DNA of 64,000 bases from an uncultured Gammaproteobacteria bacterium. GTDB lineage: Bacteria > Patescibacteriota > Microgenomatia > UBA12405 > JAHJSD01. The translations under genes and the position numbers were made by a program. The notes beneath the pieces were generated by a model. The model was given only the letters and a program-made list of their open reading frames with translations. It was not told where the DNA came from and searched no databases. Each line of letters opens with the position of its first letter. The first letter of the stretch is position 1. Location: positions 5,779 to 69,778 of the forward strand of contig CAZCGQ010000001.1 in assembly GCA_964498425.1 (NCBI GenBank). Reading direction: 5' to 3'. Shown in pieces: positions 9,184-17,280 of this stretch.

Positions 9184-9903
9184 TTAATTTTGACTATAAG
9201 AAGTAATCTTATTCGCCTCGATATTGCCGGCTGTGTCTTCGCTGAAGAAGCTGATTGTGTTCTCCCCGGTCTGAAGTTGGCTGGTCAAATCAACTTTGTT
9301 TCCGTAAGACGTCGAAATTGGCTGACCGTTAATGGCATAGTGTATCTTTAAAACTCCAGAACCAAAATCATCATCAGCTAACAGCTGAACTTGATTACCG
9401 GAAACATTAAAAATTGTTGTCGGCGGGGAAGTATCAACAAAGATTGTTTTGAAGTCGTTTTCAAAATTCTTTTCTTCTTCATTGACCCGCTTATCAACAG
9501 CCAAAACTTGAAAATCATAAAATCCGTCACCATCCGGACAGTTGAAGTTAATTTCGTTATCAGAATCGTAATCCTTCTTGGTAAAATACTGCCAATTTTC
9601 TTGGTTGAATGAATACCACAGTTCAACGTAGTCTACTCCACTGCCAACATCAGTCGCCTGGTAAATAATTTCAAAACTGCTATCCGGGCTGATTCCTTTC
9701 ACCGGCTGGCTGGCTGTAACTTCGGTTATCTCCGATTCCGGTTTAATCCAGTCCCCCGTTGACAGTCGAAAACCACCAACCGACGCTTTATCCTGAAAAG
9801 CAGAATAAGTAAGCGGAACAAATACTACTGCTGACGAAATCAATAAAACCAAAATTGGCCAACGAAAATACTCCTTCAAGTATTTATCCTTTCTTAATTT
9901 CAT
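9184..9903 (-). CDS. secreted protein with SipW-cognate-type signal peptide
   Basis: 239 aa. Signal ends PLTYSAFQDKASVGGFRLSTGDW. It shares the post-signal S[ST]GDW motif with the 658-aa LTD protein. Confidence 0.5.
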   Translation of the reverse strand: MKLRKDKYLKEYFRWPILVLLISSAVVFVPLTYSAFQDKASVGGFRLSTGDWIKPESEITEVTASQPVKGISPDSSFEIIYQATDVGSGVDYVELWYSFNQENWQYFTKKDYDSDNEINFNCPDGDGFYDFQVLAVDKRVNEEEKNFENDFKTIFVDTSPPTTIFNVSGNQVQLLADDDFGSGVLKIHYAINGQPISTSYGNKVDLTSQLQTGENTISFFSEDTAGNIEANKITSYSQN

Positions 9904-9916
9904 TTGTTATCCAGTT

Positions 9917-10567
9917 TTATAATGCCTGGGTCCCGGTAAACTCAATATTTAAATCAACTGATTTTTCGGCTATTTCATTGCCAGCGTTATCACTGACCCG
10001 AATCCACATAACAAAGTGTCTCAGCTGATCAGGCCCAATCGCTTCACCGGTAATTTCATCTGAATTTCCAGCCCACCATTGCATGTCGTGCCAGTTGGTG
10101 GAAGTAGATACCTTTGACCAGTTATAATCCTGGTTTTCATAAGCCCACCAGGCGTCATCTCGACTGTTATACTCTAAAATTCTCGCTTCTACTGCATTTT
10201 TCAAAACTCCCCATGACCCGGAATAACCATCGGAATTAGCGTAAGCACTTAAAGTTGTCGTCACCACCAAACTAATTTCGGATTGGCTGACATTTTTTAA
10301 TCGGAAATAATCTCCAACCAAATAGCCGGGATACATCCCGGAAATAGTCCCATAGTTAGTTATCGAATCACACAACTTACCGTTGTCGCCATCGGAAATA
10401 CATCCTTCCCCGGTCATCCCTGTTGCTCCGATTTTTAAATCAGCGTTACCGGTCGTCATTGTCATTCCCTTGACCTCGCCCTTATTGTTAAAAACCGCAA
10501 AGGCCGTTCCACTAACTACCCCAACAGTCACTGCAATTATAAATATACTTATAAGAATTCTTTTCAT
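9917..10567 (-). CDS. TasA/camelysin-like secreted protein paralogue
   Basis: Likely start MKRILISIF at 10567, preceded by SD GAGGGGGTGA. Signal ends GTAFAVFNNKGEVKGMTMTTGNADL, resembling TasA AAFNDIKSKDATFASGTLDL. The ORF track extends it to 10609. Confidence 0.5.
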   Translation of the reverse strand: MKRILISIFIIAVTVGVVSGTAFAVFNNKGEVKGMTMTTGNADLKIGATGMTGEGCISDGDNGKLCDSITNYGTISGMYPGYLVGDYFRLKNVSQSEISLVVTTTLSAYANSDGYSGSWGVLKNAVEARILEYNSRDDAWWAYENQDYNWSKVSTSTNWHDMQWWAGNSDEITGEAIGPDQLRHFVMWIRVSDNAGNEIAEKSVDLNIEFTGTQAL

Positions 10568-10714
10568 TAATCTCACCCCCTCTCTTTTGAAGTAAGCAAT
10601 AACTCCCAATTGTTTGAAGCCGATAGTAAAATAATGCCTGGCAGTATTTGGCTAACCACGTTTAATTAGGCTAACACTTTCAGAATAGACCGAAAAAAAT
10701 TCCTTGTCAAGAAT

Positions 10715-11122
10715 TTACGCCTGGGGATACATCTGGCGGAATAATTTTATCTTCTTTAACCTTTCAACGGCAAAGTCAAAAATAAACTGGGAGAAAATTA
10801 TAATACCGAAAAAATCAATTATAACGTCGCGAATAGTTCCCTCCCTAGTCGGAACAAGTGTCTGGTGAAACTCGTCAGACATACCGTAAAGTGTAGCAAT
10901 AATAATCGCCAGTTTATTAGCCGACTTCCTCTCGCCAAGACCCAATCGAAGAAGAGAATATAGAACGCCGTATTCAATAACGTGCAGTGTTTTAAAGATA
11001 GCAAAATTAACCCAATAATTACCCCCCATACCGACCTTGTGCTGACTGGAAGCCCAAAAAATCAAGGACATCCAAATCAAGGCTGGTAAAAATCTAAGAT
11101 ACTTGGTTGCCTTTTTCATCAT
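10715..11122 (-). CDS. VanZ-like family membrane protein
   Basis: 135 aa. LPALIWMSLIFWASSQ is a typical VanZ-family N-terminus. Four TM helices. Confidence 0.5.
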   Translation of the reverse strand: MMKKATKYLRFLPALIWMSLIFWASSQHKVGMGGNYWVNFAIFKTLHVIEYGVLYSLLRLGLGERKSANKLAIIIATLYGMSDEFHQTLVPTREGTIRDVIIDFFGIIIFSQFIFDFAVERLKKIKLFRQMYPQA

Positions 11123-11801
11123 TCTTCATTTTATCAAATAATTCTTTTATTTTCGGGCCAAACCCTACCCCGCCAAGAAGCAGTCCTCCCATGCCAATAA
11201 ACCCACCGGCGATTAACTTACCCTTATCCCGAGGTTCTTTCTGGCTGGTTTCACCAAGAACGTCCCCAGGCCCACTGACCTCAAGATCGTTATCTGAATC
11301 CGAAAGAGTTGGAATTGGTGTTGGTGAAACTTCCTGAGTAGGGGTTGGCGATTTCTTAGGACTTGGTGTCGGGGTTAATGTTTCCGTAGGAGTCGGCGTT
11401 GACGTTTCCTTTGGCGTCTCCGTCGGCTTCTTTGTTGGTGTTGAAGTTGGCTCATCCACAGCACGACAATCCTGATTGGCCTCTCCCTTTGTAGGTTCAG
11501 CCTGACACCAACTGCCGTAAACATAGGCCCAGGTGATCCCCTCCTCCGAATAATCGTATAGTTTGTTATCCTTTTCTAGTTGATCATGGTTAAGTAGACG
11601 TACCTCATCTCCACTGTTGTTGAACATGCTATCCATTTCGATAACTGCCAAACTTTTTGCCTCAATCTCCTTGCTGAATTTCTTTGGAGAACTTTTACCT
11701 TCTTCATCATCAATATACCAATCAATCAAATCAACACTAAAATCATTATCATTGTAAATTTCCACCCATTCATCTTCATTATCCGCAGGTTTAGGCATCA
11801 C
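11094..11801 (-). CDS. lamin-tail-domain protein, downstream half (second LTD, Thr/Pro-rich linker, C-terminal Gly-rich hydrophobic anchor)
   Basis: LTD motif NEDEWVEIYNDNDFSVDLIDWYI. The GTG/ATG start at 11801 is in frame with the upstream LTD ORF through a single TAG at 11973-11975. Confidence 0.5.
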   Translation of the reverse strand: MMPKPADNEDEWVEIYNDNDFSVDLIDWYIDDEEGKSSPKKFSKEIEAKSLAVIEMDSMFNNSGDEVRLLNHDQLEKDNKLYDYSEEGITWAYVYGSWCQAEPTKGEANQDCRAVDEPTSTPTKKPTETPKETSTPTPTETLTPTPSPKKSPTPTQEVSPTPIPTLSDSDNDLEVSGPGDVLGETSQKEPRDKGKLIAGGFIGMGGLLLGGVGFGPKIKELFDKMKNDEKGNQVS

Positions 11802-11972
11802 TTCCCAGATAAAAATGTTGTCATAATCACGCGATGAGTTCCCCTGAGTCGGTGTATCCGTTGGATCATCCCCAGGCGTATTTGTTGGCGTTACTTGCCC
11901 TTGCGATAAACATGAACCGCCTCCCTGATTAAATTGATCGCGGCTGACATTAGTTAGGCTCTGCCAGCCCCC

Positions 11973-12356
11973 CTAACCATCTGGCTTTCTCCCATAAGTA
12001 ACATTCTCCCCAGGACTTTGTTGATAATCATAGGAATCTACCGTAGATTCATTATTATCTAATAATCTTAGTGTATCAGCGGAAGAAACATTTAAATTAA
12101 AATTGCCGCTTTGAAAAGACAAACAGCTTTGGCCATCTAATACCGTACCGCTAGAAATTACATACTTTTGGGTTCCACCGCTGTCATCAATAATCCATCC
12201 GCTGACATCAACGCTATCATAACCGGTGTTATAAATTTCAACCCATTGCTCACTGCTTGGCTCAATTAAAAATTCATTTAGCTTAACTTCGGCTTGACAT
12301 CGGAGAGGAAAAAACATAAGCAAAACAAAGAAAAAAATGAATTTTCTCATTACCAT
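11973..12356 (-). CDS. lamin-tail-domain protein, upstream half (signal peptide plus first LTD)
   Basis: 127 aa. Signal peptide ending RCQA. LTD motif LNEFLIEPSSEQWVEIYNTGYDSVDVSGWII. Ends at TAG 11973-11975, and the reading frame continues open for 57 codons into the next ORF. Confidence 0.5.
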   Translation of the reverse strand: MVMRKFIFFFVLLMFFPLRCQAEVKLNEFLIEPSSEQWVEIYNTGYDSVDVSGWIIDDSGGTQKYVISSGTVLDGQSCLSFQSGNFNLNVSSADTLRLLDNNESTVDSYDYQQSPGENVTYGRKPDG

Positions 12357-12414
12357 TCATCATACCAACAAATTTACTATTGACGCAAGAAAAGCTCTCT
12401 TCGCTACCTAAGAA

Positions 12415-13641
12415 TTATTTAACGTGCCAGTACATTGTCATTTTCCCGTTCGGGTGGAAGACAAAAACGCCGTTACCGCCGTCGCCGAGGCAGTTGCGGC
12501 AGAAGTAGGCCTCACCTTCGTCAACAGAATAAATTTGGGTATTCATCGGCCCAACCAAATCTATCGCCGGATGCGGTCGCCCGCCGTAAAGGGCATTGGA
12601 ATGACAAGTATAACCATAACCTTGAGAAATATAACTCAAATCCTTCATTGGCCACGGCCACCCGCCGCCGCCAACACTTTTTGTTCCGTCTGATCCGCAA
12701 CCGGACCTCCAACTAACCTCTTGCCCCGCTAAATAATCTAGCGGATTGACGTAATTAGAGTAATACCAACTATCACCAAGATCATCAATTGAACCATAGT
12801 TATAAACACCAAAATGTAAGTGGTCACCGGTAGAATACCCAGTATTTCCTTGTATTCCAATAAACTCCTGTTTATCAACCTTGATTGATTTCCCGCTTTG
12901 CTTTAAAAATAAAGCAGCTTGCTGAATTTCAGCTATTTCTTTTCTAGCTTCAGCCAACAAATTTTGATACCGACGTTCATTATTCTGAGTAACCGTCAGC
13001 AGGTATTCTTTTTCCTGTTTCTGCTGGGCCAAGTTGTTTCTCTGAGCATCTAACTGTGCCTTAAGTTCTTCCAATTCTGCCTGCTTTACTTCCTTTTCCT
13101 CTTTTCGCTGATCGTAATCCGCCCGCATTTTTTCCATTGCCATGAGCATTTTTCGGTCATTGAGCTGGGCAACCTGAAAATATTTCCATCGACGATAAAA
13201 ATTGCCAAACTTTTCTGAAGAAAGAAGCAAATCCACCGAGGAAACCTGTCCTGCCTTATAAGTAGCAATTACTCGGTTAATGAATAAGGCCGAAACATCA
13301 TCTAGCGAGGTATCCAAAATGCCAATTTTTCGGCCGAGTTCATTAACTTGGGCCTCTAACAAACTAATCTTGCTCTGAGTTTGGCCAATTTTAGCCTGAG
13401 TCAACTGAATCTGAGAATTCATATAGCTAATCTGATTCTTTAAGGAAGATTTTTGATTAGCAATATTCGATAACTCCTGTTGACAGTCACTTTGAACCTC
13501 GTTATAAATCTCTAATTGTTCTTCCTGAGATCGGTTATCAATGTCATCGGGGATCTCGCAAGCAGCTCTTAAAGACTGAGCCCCAAGTAAAATGGAAAGA
13601 AGCCCAACTGTCAAAACTGCTGCCAGAAGTTTGCGTTTCAT
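12415..13641 (-). CDS. EnvC-like coiled-coil M23 (LytM) metallopeptidase, FtsEX-associated
   Basis: 408 aa. Signal peptide and about 200-aa coiled coil. GNTGYSTGDHLHFGV (M23 HxH segment) precedes WPMKDL...HPAIDLVGPMNTQIYSVDEG...HPNGKMTMYWHV (M23 HxxxD N-terminal segment). Immediately downstream of ftsX. Confidence 0.75.
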   Translation of the reverse strand: MKRKLLAAVLTVGLLSILLGAQSLRAACEIPDDIDNRSQEEQLEIYNEVQSDCQQELSNIANQKSSLKNQISYMNSQIQLTQAKIGQTQSKISLLEAQVNELGRKIGILDTSLDDVSALFINRVIATYKAGQVSSVDLLLSSEKFGNFYRRWKYFQVAQLNDRKMLMAMEKMRADYDQRKEEKEVKQAELEELKAQLDAQRNNLAQQKQEKEYLLTVTQNNERRYQNLLAEARKEIAEIQQAALFLKQSGKSIKVDKQEFIGIQGNTGYSTGDHLHFGVYNYGSIDDLGDSWYYSNYVNPLDYLAGQEVSWRSGCGSDGTKSVGGGGWPWPMKDLSYISQGYGYTCHSNALYGGRPHPAIDLVGPMNTQIYSVDEGEAYFCRNCLGDGGNGVFVFHPNGKMTMYWHVK

Positions 13642-14549
13642 CGCTTAATATACCGCCGACTGGCTAACCAGGCAGCGAATAAACCCAACAATAAACCAAC
13701 ACCTATTTGTCCGCCTAAAAAGATGGCCAAGGTTTGCGGTTCAGTTGGCAAAACCGAAATTGGGGCAAAAAATGACAAAATTTGTTCACGCCAATAATAT
13801 ATTCCACCGACAACAAACAATTCTCCGAGCAAAGCGCCAATAAAGCCGTAAAATAAGCCTTCCAAAAGAAAAGGGGACTGAACATAAAAACCGCTGGCTC
13901 CAATTGATCTCAAAGCAGCAATTTCATCACGGTGCGTGCCAATCTTCATCCCGATAATAACCATAATCACCACCAAAGAAACAAATCCGTAAACACCAAC
14001 CATAACTAAACCAACATTGCGAATATTCTTGACCCAAAAGGATAATTTTTGGACAACCTCTTTCTGAAAAATAACTTCTTGAACGGAATTTTCCTTAGTA
14101 CTTAAAAAATCAGCAATTGAATTTAAATATTCCGGGCTTGTGGCTGATATTTCCAATGAGGCTGGTAAAATATCTGCACTGACCATTTCTAAAAGCAAAG
14201 GATTATCCTCATTATCCTCTTGATAAATTTTTAAGGCTTCCTCTTTAGACACAAACCTAACTTCCTTTATTCCTTCCTGACTACCAATTTCCTCCTTCAG
14301 TTGGTCAACTTGGGCTGAAGAAAGACCATCTTTCAAAAACGCGGTTACTTCCGGCCGACTTTCAAAATAATTAAGAAGGATCCCAAAAACAAAAATTACA
14401 GCAATAAGCAAACTTGTCATAAAATAATTCAGCCACATAACCAAAATAGCCGCAAAACTCTGAAAAGGTGCCCGCCTCATATGCTGCCAAGTTCTGCTTA
14501 AACTACCCAATTTGGTTTTAATTTTAGTTTCTTTATTCATACTTTCCAT
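13638..14549 (-). CDS. ftsX: cell division permease-like protein FtsX
   Basis: 303 aa. N-terminal TM, periplasmic domain, three C-terminal TM helices. Overlaps ftsE. Confidence 0.85.
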   Translation of the reverse strand: MESMNKETKIKTKLGSLSRTWQHMRRAPFQSFAAILVMWLNYFMTSLLIAVIFVFGILLNYFESRPEVTAFLKDGLSSAQVDQLKEEIGSQEGIKEVRFVSKEEALKIYQEDNEDNPLLLEMVSADILPASLEISATSPEYLNSIADFLSTKENSVQEVIFQKEVVQKLSFWVKNIRNVGLVMVGVYGFVSLVVIMVIIGMKIGTHRDEIAALRSIGASGFYVQSPFLLEGLFYGFIGALLGELFVVGGIYYWREQILSFFAPISVLPTEPQTLAIFLGGQIGVGLLLGLFAAWLASRRYIKR

Positions 14550-15213
14550 TTTCTTTGTCGTGAGCTAATCCTCCATCCTCTAATTTCACTACCCGCTTCC
14601 CAGCAGAGTTAACTATATCAAAATCGTGAGTTGCCATCACTACTGTCGTTCCCGTTTGATTAATTTTTTCAAGTAAATCCATGATTTCCCAGCTTGTTTC
14701 TGGATCCAGATTTCCTGTTGGCTCATCAGCCATCAACAAATCCGGCTCAATAATCAAAGCCCTAGCTAAACATACCCGCTGGAGCTCTCCGCCTGAAAGC
14801 TGGGCCGGAAACATATTTATCCGGCTGAGCAAATTGACTTTATCCAAAACTTCCTTAAGCTTTTCTTCCCGATTTTCATCCTTATCACCAACAACAGCCA
14901 AAGCCATTAAAATGTTTTCGGCAACAGTCTGCCGCCTAAGCAGTCGGTAATCCTGATGGACCATGCCAATTCTACGCCGAAGTGAAAGAATATCCTTGCG
15001 CTTGGTCTTTTTGTTGATTTTCAGGTCATCAACAACTACCTCGCCATTATCTGGGAAATATTCTCCCCGAATTAATTTTAGAACCGTACTTTTTCCCGCT
15101 CCAGATTTGCCGGTAATAAAAATAAATTCTTTCGGCTTAACCTCAAAAGAAATGTCATGAATGGCTTTTACAACACCAAATTCCTTGGTTACATCAGTAA
15201 ATTTTATCCGCAT
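14533..15213 (-). CDS. ftsE: cell division ATP-binding protein FtsE (ABC ATPase)
   Basis: 226 aa. Walker A GKSGAGKST, ABC signature LSGGELQRV, Walker B LLMADEPT. Confidence 0.9.
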   Translation of the reverse strand: MRIKFTDVTKEFGVVKAIHDISFEVKPKEFIFITGKSGAGKSTVLKLIRGEYFPDNGEVVVDDLKINKKTKRKDILSLRRRIGMVHQDYRLLRRQTVAENILMALAVVGDKDENREEKLKEVLDKVNLLSRINMFPAQLSGGELQRVCLARALIIEPDLLMADEPTGNLDPETSWEIMDLLEKINQTGTTVVMATHDFDIVNSAGKRVVKLEDGGLAHDKENGKYE

Positions 15214-15217
15214 CAGT

Positions 15218-15691
15218 TTATTCCAAGACCTTTACCGCGCCCACATCCATCAGCCAACCAACTTTTTGAGCAGCAAAGGTCTCCCCCCAAACCTTGACCT
15301 TGCGGTTAACAAAGCGGTTTAAATCAACTAATGAAGAAGTTAAATATGCTGTTTGCGATTCTCCACCTTCCCGAACCAATTTATGAGTCCCCTCACCCTC
15401 TTCACTGTTTTTTTGAATAACCCCAATCGCTTCGTCGGTAAATTGTTCACTCTGGTTACCATAAGTTTGGCCAACTTTAACACTCTTTCCACTGGCCTGA
15501 CCTGCAGTACCCGTTTGCCCAGTACCAGCACTCCCTTCATTGCCCGAAACTTGCAGTCGGGAAAGCCCAAACCCGCTACCTAACCCAAGCAAGGTTATTC
15601 CGGCAAAAAGTAAAATTAGCCGGATATCAATTAAATTATCTTTTTTTTCTGTTATATCCCCTGGTTGATTCATTTCCACCTGATTATTCAT
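15218..15691 (-). CDS. hypothetical membrane-anchored protein
   Basis: 157 aa. One TM helix and a Gly/Ser/Thr-rich linker. No recognised family. Confidence 0.3.
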   Translation of the reverse strand: MNNQVEMNQPGDITEKKDNLIDIRLILLFAGITLLGLGSGFGLSRLQVSGNEGSAGTGQTGTAGQASGKSVKVGQTYGNQSEQFTDEAIGVIQKNSEEGEGTHKLVREGGESQTAYLTSSLVDLNRFVNRKVKVWGETFAAQKVGWLMDVGAVKVLE

Positions 15692-15713
15692 CTACACTTA
15701 CATTATAATAAAC

Positions 15714-16820
15714 TTAGTCATTTTGCAACTGTTTCAGCTCTGCCTGTATAAACCCTTCCAAATCCCCATCCAAAACCGCCTGTGCATCGTTTGTTTCATG
15801 TTCAGTCCGAGTATCCTTAACTAATTGATAAGGATGAAGAACATAATTTCTGATTTGTTCGCCCCAGGTCGGAACCGCGTTCTTTCCCTTCAAACGTCGT
15901 CTTTCAGCTCGTCTTTCTTTTTCCTTTTGTTCCCAAATTTTAGACTTTAAAATCTGCATTGCAATCTGCTTATTCTTAACCTGCTTTCTTTCCGCCTGAC
16001 AGGAAACAACCAATCCAGTTGGCTTATGCCGCAGACGAACAGCCGTTTCCACCTTATTTACATTTTGACCTCCGTGGCCGCCAGCCCGAAAAGTCTCCAT
16101 TTCAATTTCATCCGGGCTTATCTCTACTTCCAAATCTTTTTCAATAACAGGCAAAACCTCGACTTTGGCAAATGAAGTCTGGCGTAAATTCTGAGCATTA
16201 AACGGAGATACCCGAACCAAGCGGTGAATACCGGATTCCTTTTTCAAATAGCCATAGGCAAACCGCCCGGAAACCTGCAGGGTGACCGATTTGATGCCAG
16301 CCTCTTCACCAGAAATCATATCAACAACCCTGACCTTCCAATCCTTGCTTTGACAATACTTCATATACATTCGCTGTAAAATAGCTGACCAGTCCATCGC
16401 TTCTGTCCCCCCTTGTCCGGCATGAATGGATAGAAGGGCATCACTCTTATCATACTCCCCGGAAAGGAATGTTCTAATTTCTAAATTCGATAATCGGCCT
16501 TCCAATTGGCGAACTTCCCTTTTCAAGTCCGATAAAACCTCATCTTCCGCCTCCATCTTCTCAGCCATTGTAATCAACTCCTCAAGCTCTTTAATTTTGC
16601 TGGAAAACCCTGCTACTTCCTCCAATTCATTATTAATCTCCCCTAATTGGCTCATCACCCTTTGTCCATAATTAGCGTCTTCCCACAAATCTTCTTTTCG
16701 GCTTTCTTTTTCTAATTTTTCTCTTTCCTTTTTCAATTCGGCTAAATCTAATTGGGATTTAACCAACTTAAATCGTTTTTTTAGTTCTTCCAATTTATTC
16801 TTGATTTTGTTCATCTTCAA
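15714..16820 (-). CDS. prfB: peptide chain release factor 2
   Basis: 368 aa. SPF tripeptide (VRVSPFNAQ) and GGQ ([19 protein letters not shown]). Continuous ORF with no +1 frameshift site. Confidence 0.9.
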   Translation of the reverse strand: MKMNKIKNKLEELKKRFKLVKSQLDLAELKKEREKLEKESRKEDLWEDANYGQRVMSQLGEINNELEEVAGFSSKIKELEELITMAEKMEAEDEVLSDLKREVRQLEGRLSNLEIRTFLSGEYDKSDALLSIHAGQGGTEAMDWSAILQRMYMKYCQSKDWKVRVVDMISGEEAGIKSVTLQVSGRFAYGYLKKESGIHRLVRVSPFNAQNLRQTSFAKVEVLPVIEKDLEVEISPDEIEMETFRAGGHGGQNVNKVETAVRLRHKPTGLVVSCQAERKQVKNKQIAMQILKSKIWEQKEKERRAERRRLKGKNAVPTWGEQIRNYVLHPYQLVKDTRTEHETNDAQAVLDGDLEGFIQAELKQLQND

Positions 16821-17277
16821 CCTCCTTCAGTAACGTATCACAAACCTGCTTGATCGCTTCCCGCTTAATTTCTTGCTTTTGTTTATCCGGAAATCCTTCA
16901 ACTTCCTCAGTCGTTTCAATAATTATTTTTTCTATTTCTTCAGCCACCTTTGTTTCCCGGATAACTTTTTCGGTGTCTCTAATTACTTCCTCACCCTGCT
17001 GATAAAACCGCTGATTTATTTTCTCTATTTGAGTTTTAACTACCTCCGGCAAAATCCGGTTGATTTCTTGATTAATTGTCTCTATGTCCGTTACCTTTTC
17101 AACCTCTTCACCCCGAACTTGACCCTTGGTATTATCAGCTTGATCAGCTGTCCCTAAACTAACTTGTGTTGACAGCCAATAAACACCGCCCCCAACTAAG
17201 GCCAGAAAGATGATAATTCGAAATAATTTCGGCCGAGGTTTCTTTTCGTCCTTTTTCCCCATACCCAATTGTATCAA
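16795..17277 (-). CDS. hypothetical protein, N-terminal TM plus charged coiled-coil
   Basis: 160 aa, Glu/Lys-rich. No recognised family. Confidence 0.3.
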   Translation of the reverse strand: MIQLGMGKKDEKKPRPKLFRIIIFLALVGGGVYWLSTQVSLGTADQADNTKGQVRGEEVEKVTDIETINQEINRILPEVVKTQIEKINQRFYQQGEEVIRDTEKVIRETKVAEEIEKIIIETTEEVEGFPDKQKQEIKREAIKQVCDTLLKEVEDEQNQE

Positions 17278-17280
17278 ATC

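Noticed and set aside
11973-11975. Possibility that TAG is reassigned to a sense codon genome-wide, which would explain the in-frame TAG in the LTD gene
   Set aside because: TAG is used as the terminal stop of at least one well-conserved gene in the window (rfbD-like, 1030-1032), with the protein ending at the expected position. Stop-codon usage otherwise looks standard (TGA, TAA and TAG all occur). A local nonsense mutation, readthrough or a sequencing error is more likely.
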